DNA of 64,000 bases from assembly GCA_947628085.1 (NCBI GenBank), contig CANQYM010000009.1:3698-67697 (forward strand), written 5' to 3'. The first letter of the stretch is position 1, and each line of letters opens with the position of its first letter. A program made the translations under genes and the position numbers. The stretch is from an uncultured Clostridia bacterium (GTDB lineage Bacteria; Bacillota; Clostridia; TANB77; CAG-508). The notes under the pieces were generated by a model. The model saw only the letters and a list, made by a program, of their open reading frames with translations. It was not told the origin of the DNA and did no database searches. This document shows positions 57,078 to 64,000 of this stretch, piece by piece.

Positions 57078-59642
57078 ATGGGAAATATAGTTTTATTAGA
57101 TGATTTAACCATAAACAAAATTGCTGCTGGTGAAGTTATAGAAAGACCAGCTTCTGTTGTAAAGGAAATGTTAGAAAACTCTATAGATGCTGGTGCTAAA
57201 AATATAACTGTTGAAATAAAAAATGGTGGAATTTCACTAATACAAGTAACAGACGATGGCTGTGGAATAGCAGAGGATGATATGGAAATAGCTTTTGAAA
57301 GGCATGCAACAAGCAAAATAAGAAATGCAGAAGATTTATCTATTATAAAAACAATGGGTTTTAGAGGTGAGGCTTTAGCTAGTATTGCTTCTATTGCAAA
57401 AGTTGAAATGATTTCTAAGAGAAAAGAAGATGATGTTGCACATAAAATAATTGTAGAAGGTGGAAAAACGGTTGAATTTACTGAAGCAGCAAGATCAGTT
57501 GGAACAACAATTACAGTACATAATTTATTTTATAATACACCTGTAAGATATAAATTTTTGAAAAAAGATTATACTGAAACAGGATATATTGAAGATACTG
57601 TTACAAGAATAGCTTTAGTAAATACAAATGTAGCAATTAAACTTATAAGTAATGGAAAAACTATAGTTCAAACAAACGGACATGGAGATTTAAAAACAGC
57701 CATTTATAGTATATATGGAAAAGATACTGCTACAGAAGTTATAGATGTAGATTATGATTTTGAAGGAATAAAAGTAACTGGAATAATAGGAAAACCAGTA
57801 ATAGCAAGAGGAAATAGGGCAAATCAATTATTTTTCTTAAATGGACGATATATTAAAGATAAAAACCTATCTGCAGCTGCAGACCAAGCATATAAAGGAA
57901 TGATACCTGTTGGTAGATATGGATTTATAGTGTTAAATCTAGAAATGGATCCAAAGCTTGTAGATGTTAATGTTCATCCAGCAAAATTGGAAGTAAGATT
58001 TGAAGATGAGTCTACAGTTTTTAAAGCTGTATATCATGCTATAAAATCAAATTTAGCAAAATCTGAGCTTGTTGCAAATGTTGAAAAAACATTTGAAAGC
58101 AGTGATTTAATTAATTCAGTAAATACAAAAAATAATAATGATAATAGAACAAAATTAGAAGAGCCAGAAGAACCAGATGTTTTAAGTGAAAATGTTGGAA
58201 AGCTAGTTAATGACAGATTTATGGAAAAATATGAAAAGAAAAATGGTTTAACTGACTTTTTCAAAAAAATAATGAAAGGACCAGAAGAAACTCAAGAAGA
58301 ATTAAACAATAACACATTAGAAGAAATATTCAAATATAGAAATGGATTAAAAAAAGAAGAAAAAAATGAAGAGAAAGTTGAAAACAAAGACGAGGAAAAC
58401 TCATTTAATCCTACCTCCGTTTCAAGTGAAACAAAAAAGATAGATGTAGAAAATGTAAATAAATTAATTAAAGATAGCACAAAAGATATAGAAACTACAA
58501 AAAAGTTAGAAACAGAGAATACTCAAGAAATAGAAATAAAAGAAATTAAAGATGAAAAAATAGAAGAAACACAAATTATGGATGTTTCAGCAATAAAGCA
58601 ACAACCTACTCAAGATACAATTATTGCAGAAAAAGAGGAAATAAATAATTTACCTCAAAACACAATAAATTTAGAAACAAAAGTAAATGAAGAAATAAAA
58701 AATGAAAATGTAGAACAAGAAAAACCAGGTGCTAAAGAGCCTTCTGATGATTCTAGTAATGATGAATTCTCTAAAATAGCTCAAAAACTATTTGAAGAAA
58801 AAATTAATATAGATAGTACTCAATCAATAGATACATCAAAAGTTAGAGAAGCTATAAAAGAATCTGAAGGAACAGTAAATCCTGAATTTAATCAAATGTA
58901 TAAAAAAACATTTGGAGTAGATTCAGCAGATGCTAGAAGAGAAAAAGAATTAGAAGAAGAATTACAAGAAGAAGAAAATAAAAAAATAGATGCTTCAACG
59001 GAATTTTCATATGCTACCGCTGAGAATATGAATGTTTTTGAAGAAGAAAAAGAAGAAATTAACAAAATACCTTATAAATTCATTGGAATAGTATTTTCTA
59101 CTTATATAATAATTGAAATAAAAAATGAAATGTATGTAATAGATCAACATGCTGCACATGAAAGAATAATGTATGAAAAAATAAAGCATAATTATTATAG
59201 TGAAGATGAAAAAGATGAACAGCTTTTACTATTACCAGATGTAATTTCACTAACACATAAAGAATGGTCAATAGCTAAAGAAAATGTTGAAATGTTTGCA
59301 AAAGCTGGATTCACATTTGAAGAATTTGGAGAAAACACTATAAAGCTAGTATCTGTTCCTAGTATGTGTGAAGAATTAAATACAAAACAATTATTTTTAG
59401 ATATACTTGATGAATTAGATACTGTTGCAGTTACTGCAAGACAAGAAAAGGAAGATAAATTTATAGCAACAGTTGCTTGCAAGTCAGCAGTAAAAGCAAA
59501 AATGAAATTAGATGAACAAGAAGTAACAACCTTAATAGACAGATTATTAGAATTACCAAATCCATTTACTTGTCCACATGGTAGACCAACGGCAATTAAA
59601 ATGACAAAATATGATTTGGAGAAAAAATTTAGTAGGAGATAA
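57078..59642 (+). CDS. mutL: DNA mismatch repair endonuclease MutL with an unusually long (~320 aa) low-complexity linker
   Basis: The N-terminal GHKL ATPase has IAAGEVIERPASVVKEL.ENS.DAG. The C-terminal part has DQHAAHERIMYE, ACKSAVKA and FTCPHGRPT endonuclease motifs. Confidence 0.95.
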   Translation: MGNIVLLDDLTINKIAAGEVIERPASVVKEMLENSIDAGAKNITVEIKNGGISLIQVTDDGCGIAEDDMEIAFERHATSKIRNAEDLSIIKTMGFRGEALASIASIAKVEMISKRKEDDVAHKIIVEGGKTVEFTEAARSVGTTITVHNLFYNTPVRYKFLKKDYTETGYIEDTVTRIALVNTNVAIKLISNGKTIVQTNGHGDLKTAIYSIYGKDTATEVIDVDYDFEGIKVTGIIGKPVIARGNRANQLFFLNGRYIKDKNLSAAADQAYKGMIPVGRYGFIVLNLEMDPKLVDVNVHPAKLEVRFEDESTVFKAVYHAIKSNLAKSELVANVEKTFESSDLINSVNTKNNNDNRTKLEEPEEPDVLSENVGKLVNDRFMEKYEKKNGLTDFFKKIMKGPEETQEELNNNTLEEIFKYRNGLKKEEKNEEKVENKDEENSFNPTSVSSETKKIDVENVNKLIKDSTKDIETTKKLETENTQEIEIKEIKDEKIEETQIMDVSAIKQQPTQDTIIAEKEEINNLPQNTINLETKVNEEIKNENVEQEKPGAKEPSDDSSNDEFSKIAQKLFEEKINIDSTQSIDTSKVREAIKESEGTVNPEFNQMYKKTFGVDSADARREKELEEELQEEENKKIDASTEFSYATAENMNVFEEEKEEINKIPYKFIGIVFSTYIIIEIKNEMYVIDQHAAHERIMYEKIKHNYYSEDEKDEQLLLLPDVISLTHKEWSIAKENVEMFAKAGFTFEEFGENTIKLVSVPSMCEELNTKQLFLDILDELDTVAVTARQEKEDKFIATVACKSAVKAKMKLDEQEVTTLIDRLLELPNPFTCPHGRPTAIKMTKYDLEKKFSRR

Positions 59643-59645
59643 TAG

Positions 59646-60527
59646 ATGAAACCTAAAGTTGTAGTTATTGTTGGGCCAACAGCATCTGGAAAAACAGCAT
59701 TATCAGTTGAACTTGCAAAAAAAATTGATGGGGAAATTATTTCTTCTGATTCAATGCAAATTTATAAAGATATGAATATTGGCACAGCAAAAGTTACAAA
59801 AGAAGAAATGCAAAATATTAAACATTATTTAGTTGATTTTGTATCTCCAGAAGAAAGATATACTGTTTCAGATTTCAAAAAAGACAGTGAAAAAGCTATA
59901 AAAGAAATTTTATCAAAAGGCAAAACACCAATTGTTGTTGGTGGAACTGGACTATATGTTAATTCTTTAATATATGGTATAGATTATCAAGATATGGAAT
60001 TTGATGAAAATTATAGAAATGAACTTATTAAAAAAGCAGAAACACCAGAAGGACTAGAACAGCTATATAATGAAGCTAAAAAAATTGACCCACAAGCTAT
60101 GGAAAAAATTAGCTTTAACGATAAAAAAAGAATAATGCGAGTTTTAGAAATTTATAAAGCTACTGGTAAAACAAAAACTGAACAAGAAATATTATCTAAA
60201 CAAAGAGAAGTAGAGTATGACTTTAAGGTATTTGGAATAACTTTAGATAGAGAAAAACTTTATGATAAAATAAATCGTAGAGTAGACATAATGATTGAGC
60301 AAGGCCTAGAAAATGAAGTTAAAAATTTAATTACTAAATATTCTAAATTTCCTACAGCTATGCAAGGCCTTGGATATAAAGAAGTTGTGCAGTTTTTTGA
60401 AGGAAGACTAACCCGTGAAGAAATGATAGAAAAAATAAAGCAAGAATCAAGAAGATATGCCAAAAGACAATTAACATGGTTTAGAAGAAATAAAGAAATT
60501 ATATGGTTAGAGCGGTGGAGAAAATAA
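59646..60527 (+). CDS. miaA: tRNA dimethylallyltransferase
   Basis: IVGPTASGKTALS and DSMQIYK.M.IGTAK motifs. Confidence 0.95.
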   Translation: MKPKVVVIVGPTASGKTALSVELAKKIDGEIISSDSMQIYKDMNIGTAKVTKEEMQNIKHYLVDFVSPEERYTVSDFKKDSEKAIKEILSKGKTPIVVGGTGLYVNSLIYGIDYQDMEFDENYRNELIKKAETPEGLEQLYNEAKKIDPQAMEKISFNDKKRIMRVLEIYKATGKTKTEQEILSKQREVEYDFKVFGITLDREKLYDKINRRVDIMIEQGLENEVKNLITKYSKFPTAMQGLGYKEVVQFFEGRLTREEMIEKIKQESRRYAKRQLTWFRRNKEIIWLERWRK

Positions 60528-60566
60528 TTTACAAAGCAATGTAAACAAAATTATAAAGGAGTTATA

Positions 60567-61790
60567 GTGAAAGAAACACAGGATGAAAATAGTAAATTTA
60601 AAATAATTACAACAATAATTTGTATGGCTTTTATAATTTTTTTAGTAACTAATAGCACAAATATATTTAAAAAGCCTACAGATTTATATGTTGTTGCAAA
60701 TGGCTCTTTGTCTGAAGAAGAAACGGCAGAAGGATATATTATTAGAGATGAAATCGTTCTGCAAGGTGAAAACTATAAAAATGGAATGGTACAAGTTGTT
60801 GCAGATGGAGAAAGAGTAGCAAAATCAGAACCTGTTTTTAGATATTATTCAAATAGTGAAAATACAATTTTAGGTCAAATATCAAAATTAGATGAAGAAA
60901 TAAATGATATTATAGAAAATAGTGGAATGGATTTGCCTTCTAGTGACATAACTAGCCTAGAAAAACAAATAGAAACAACAGTTGATTCTATGTATAATGT
61001 TAATTATTTACAAAAAATTCAGGAGAATAAAAATAAAATTGAAGCATATATATCTAAAAAGGCAAAAATGACTGGAACGTTAAGTCCATCTGATTCATAT
61101 GTAAAACAATTAACAGATCAAAGAAATGCACTAGAAAAAGAACTAGAAAATAGTTCAGAAATAATGTATGCACCAATTTCAGGAATGGCATCATATAGAG
61201 TAGATGGATTAGAAACAATATTACTAGCTAATAATTTTGATTATTTAAGTACAGAACTATTAGATAGTTTTAACTTAAAAATAGGAGCAGTTGTGCCTTT
61301 AAGTAGCGAAAAAGGAAAAATTTTTAATAATTTCGAATGTTATATAGCTACAAGCATAGACTCAGAAAAAGCAACGCTAGCAAAAGTTGGAGATAAAATA
61401 ACTTTAAGACTTTCAAATTCAGATGAAATAGAAGCTGAAATTGTTTATGTGAAAGAAGAAAATAAAAATAGAATTCTAGTATTTAAAATAGAAGAAGATA
61501 TTGCAGATTTAATAGAATATAGAAAAATATCTTTTGATATAATTTGGTGGAAATATTCTGGTTGGAAAATAAGCAATTCATGTATAATAGAAGAAAGTGA
61601 TAAAACATATGTTGAGAAAAACAGGACAGGTTTTGTGGAAAGAATACCTGTAAAAGTTTTAAGACAGAACGACACCTACTCAATTGTGGAAAACTATACA
61701 GACGAGGAATTACAAGGACTTGGATATAGTGAAACTGAAATAGAAGATCTAAATAAAATTAAATTATATGATGAAATAATATTACACTAA
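60567..61790 (+). CDS. HlyD-like membrane-fusion/adaptor family protein (N-terminal TM, lipoyl-like and coiled-coil segments)
   Basis: Architecture only: a TM anchor, a barrel-sandwich-like segment (V.ADGERVAKSEPVF), a coiled coil, and a beta-barrel-like segment (GDKITLRL). GTG start. Confidence 0.45.
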   Translation: MKETQDENSKFKIITTIICMAFIIFLVTNSTNIFKKPTDLYVVANGSLSEEETAEGYIIRDEIVLQGENYKNGMVQVVADGERVAKSEPVFRYYSNSENTILGQISKLDEEINDIIENSGMDLPSSDITSLEKQIETTVDSMYNVNYLQKIQENKNKIEAYISKKAKMTGTLSPSDSYVKQLTDQRNALEKELENSSEIMYAPISGMASYRVDGLETILLANNFDYLSTELLDSFNLKIGAVVPLSSEKGKIFNNFECYIATSIDSEKATLAKVGDKITLRLSNSDEIEAEIVYVKEENKNRILVFKIEEDIADLIEYRKISFDIIWWKYSGWKISNSCIIEESDKTYVEKNRTGFVERIPVKVLRQNDTYSIVENYTDEELQGLGYSETEIEDLNKIKLYDEIILH

Positions 61791-61957
61791 GCACACAAAA
61801 GTTACAAAAAAAATACAGAAAAATTACAGAAAAATTATTTTTTCATAACAAATGACAAAATTGGGAAAAAATGCTTGACTTTATGAAAAAAAAGATAGAT
61901 ACTATATACAGATTAAGCTACAAATGAAGAGAAAAAATTAGGAGGTTTTTTTAGAAA

Positions 61958-62440
61958 ATGGCAGGAACATCATCAATAAAGAAATTAGTTGATTTTATAT
62001 GGGGAGAACAAGAAGATTCTCAAGAAGACTATGAAGAAAATGCATATAACACAGATTATGCAGATGATTATGAAGCTGAAGAAGAAAATAATGATCAAGG
62101 GGAAAATGTTGGCTTTTTTAAGAAAAGAAAAAATATAGTACAAATGCCACAACCTCAACAAATAAAAATGAAAATAGCAAAACCTACTAATTTTGACCAA
62201 GCTAGTGAAGTAATTATGCAATTAAAAGCTAAAAATGCAGTTGTTTTAAACCTAGAATATGTAAGCAAAGATGTAGCAAGAAGAATAGTAGATGCTGTTA
62301 GTGGTGCAGCTCAAGCTTTAGATGGAAATATGGAAAAAGTTTCTAATTCTATATTTGTTGTTGCTCCATATAATTATGATATAGTTAATGAAATAACAAA
62401 AGAAAAAATAGAAAGCAAATTTTCTAATCCTTGGAGATAA
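61958..62440 (+). CDS. sepF: Cell division protein SepF
   Basis: The C-terminal domain has P..F.....I......AVVLNLE.......RRIVD..SG...AL.G....V....F...P. Confidence 0.88.
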   Translation: MAGTSSIKKLVDFIWGEQEDSQEDYEENAYNTDYADDYEAEEENNDQGENVGFFKKRKNIVQMPQPQQIKMKIAKPTNFDQASEVIMQLKAKNAVVLNLEYVSKDVARRIVDAVSGAAQALDGNMEKVSNSIFVVAPYNYDIVNEITKEKIESKFSNPWR

Positions 62441-62463
62441 AATAACAGGTAGGAGGAAAAACC

Positions 62464-62913
62464 ATGTTAACACCTTTAGATATAGAAAATAAAAGATTTT
62501 CGAAAACATTAAAAGGATATAATGTAGATGAAGTAGACGATTTTTTAGATCAGCTTACTATAGACTATGAAAAACTATATAAAGAAAATTCCGAATTAAA
62601 AGAACAAATAGATGAAAATAAAAAAGAACTAGAACACTATAAAAGTGTGGAAAAAACACTTCAAAATACTTTATTAATGGCACAAACAGCGTCAGAAGAT
62701 ATAAAAACAAATGCACAAGAAAGAGCAAATCAAATTATAAGAGATGCAGAAAATGAAGCAAAAAGAGCTACAGAAACAATATCAAAAGAAGAATTTGAAA
62801 TAAGAAAAAGAACAGAAGAATTAAAAAGACAATTTGATGTTTATAAAGCAAAAATGGAAGCATTATTAATATCACAATTAGAACTATTACAAGATAAAAA
62901 TAATGAAGAATAA
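62464..62913 (+). CDS. divIVA: DivIVA domain protein
   Basis: MLTPLDIENKRFSK.LKGYN..EVD.FLD, followed by a coiled coil. Confidence 0.9.
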   Translation: MLTPLDIENKRFSKTLKGYNVDEVDDFLDQLTIDYEKLYKENSELKEQIDENKKELEHYKSVEKTLQNTLLMAQTASEDIKTNAQERANQIIRDAENEAKRATETISKEEFEIRKRTEELKRQFDVYKAKMEALLISQLELLQDKNNEE

Positions 62914-63131
62914 TATATAATAAAAAATGGGGTGCAAAAAAGCACTCTTTTTTTATTTTAATATAGATATACATAAAATATTAAAAATAAAAATGTTACA
63001 TTCTTAAAAGTCTTGTTAAATCGAGATTACAGAAGAATTAAGTATGTATTACAATTGTGTTAATCTTATTGACTAATCCTTTTTTTGGAATAAAATATTA
63101 TATATAGTATAATTGTGTATATAGGAGTTAT

Positions 63132-63698
63132 ATGAGGATAATAAGTGGAACATTAAGAGGAAGTAAACTATTTACATTAGAAGGAGAAAGCACAAGACCT
63201 ACACTAGATAGAGTAAAAGAAGCTCTATTTAGCAAAATTAATTATGATATACCAGATTCAAATGTATTAGACTTATTTTCTGGAAGTGGCGCTTTAGCTT
63301 TAGAATCTATAAGCAGAGGTGCAAAAAAAGCTTACTTATGTGACTCTTCACGAGAGGCTATTAAAATAATAAAGCAAAATATTGAAAAAACAAGAACAGA
63401 AAATAAAACTGTAGTTTTTAATTGTGACTATAAGCTTGCTTTAGAAAAATTTAAAGAAAGCAATTTAGAATTTGATATTATTTTTTTAGATCCACCATAT
63501 AAAACAGATTTTGCAGAAGATGCATCTGAAAAAATAATAAAGAAAAATTTATTAAAAGATACAGGTATTATTATTTTAGAAACAGATAACAAGGAAAAAG
63601 TAATAAACAAGTTGGATTTAAACTTACTAAAGATAAAAGATATAAAAAAGTACGGTAGAATATATCTTCTATTTTTGGAGAAGAATATACAAAATTAA
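63132..63698 (+). CDS. rsmD: 16S rRNA (guanine966-N2)-methyltransferase RsmD
   Basis: MRIISG..RG..L......TRPT.DRVKEALF, LDLF.GSGALALE and DPPY. Confidence 0.9.
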   Translation: MRIISGTLRGSKLFTLEGESTRPTLDRVKEALFSKINYDIPDSNVLDLFSGSGALALESISRGAKKAYLCDSSREAIKIIKQNIEKTRTENKTVVFNCDYKLALEKFKESNLEFDIIFLDPPYKTDFAEDASEKIIKKNLLKDTGIIILETDNKEKVINKLDLNLLKIKDIKKYGRIYLLFLEKNIQN

Positions 63699-63734
63699 TA
63701 TAATTTTGTATATGTTGGAAAGGAAAGAAAAAGA

Positions 63735-64000
63735 ATGGAAATCTACGATTTACTAGATACATTGGAAGATATTTTAGAAAAAAGCAGAGGAATGCCTCTT
63801 ACTAAAAAAAGTGTAGTCGATAAAGATGAAATGTTAGATATCATTAAAGAAATACGACTTAGACTACCAGAAGAAATGAAACAAGCAAAATGGATAAAAG
63901 AAGAAAGAGAAAGAATTATTAGTGAGGCTCAAAAGGATGCAAATGATATAGTAAAAGAGGCTGAAAATAGAATTATTTCAATGATAGATGAACATGAAAT
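63735..64000 (+). CDS. Hypothetical coiled-coil protein (ATP-synthase-b/H-like helical protein), 3' end outside window
   Basis: ATG after GGAAAGG. Translation is MEIYDLLDTLEDILEKSRGMPLTKK...AQKDANDIVKEAENRI. The frame is open to the window end. Confidence 0.5.
   Translation, partial: MEIYDLLDTLEDILEKSRGMPLTKKSVVDKDEMLDIIKEIRLRLPEEMKQAKWIKEERERIISEAQKDANDIVKEAENRIISMIDEHE

Noticed and set aside
60528-60566. Absence of hfq after miaA, where it is often found in Firmicutes
   Set aside because: Only 39 nt separate miaA from the next gene, so nothing is hidden there. hfq may be elsewhere or absent, which cannot be judged from this window.

Overview
The window is about 27-28% GC by eye and looks like a chromosomal core region of an endospore-forming Firmicute (class Clostridia-like). 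Genes are almost all on the + strand and are mostly housekeeping or sporulation genes.

Gene order:
- recN, sigK-like sigma factor, prmC, whiA, hemW
- hrcA-grpE-dnaK-dnaJ, recD2
- spoIIAA-spoIIAB-sigF, spoIID, an M23 SpoIIQ-like peptidase
- cdaA, clpC, leuS, nifS, mltG
- T-box-aspS, lysS, tsaD, lepA, rlmB, pyrG
- groES-groEL, mutL-miaA, sepF-divIVA, rsmD

I saw no rRNA, tRNA, CRISPR array, transposase or integrase.

Features worth a second look:
1. An unannotated GC-enriched structured RNA of about 190-220 nt (10233..10451). It has its own promoter and terminator. It folds with a 6S-like central bubble, and its 5' end can compete with the terminator.
2. Immediately downstream of that RNA, a single ORF of about 47-48% GC with foreign codon usage and its own GC-rich terminator. 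This looks like a one-gene horizontally acquired islet.
3. Three genes broken by single-base frameshifts, two of them at short A-runs: a P-loop kinase, sigF and a sortase-type surface protein. sigF also lacks most of region 3.
4. A LysRS fused to a C-terminal HD-domain hydrolase. Upstream of it lie a 166-bp nested palindrome with a GC-rich core and four exact-period 19-bp tandem repeats.
5. An aspS T-box whose specifier position reads AAC (Asn).
6. Two unlisted micro-ORFs with good ribosome-binding sites, including a 40-aa Cys-rich peptide behind a sigma-K-like promoter.
7. Recognisable regulatory sites: LexA boxes at recN, CIRCE at hrcA and groES, Spo0A boxes plus a sigma-H-like promoter at spoIIA, and a leader terminator at pyrG.

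All calls come from reading the sequence and the ORF translations. No database search or folding program was run.
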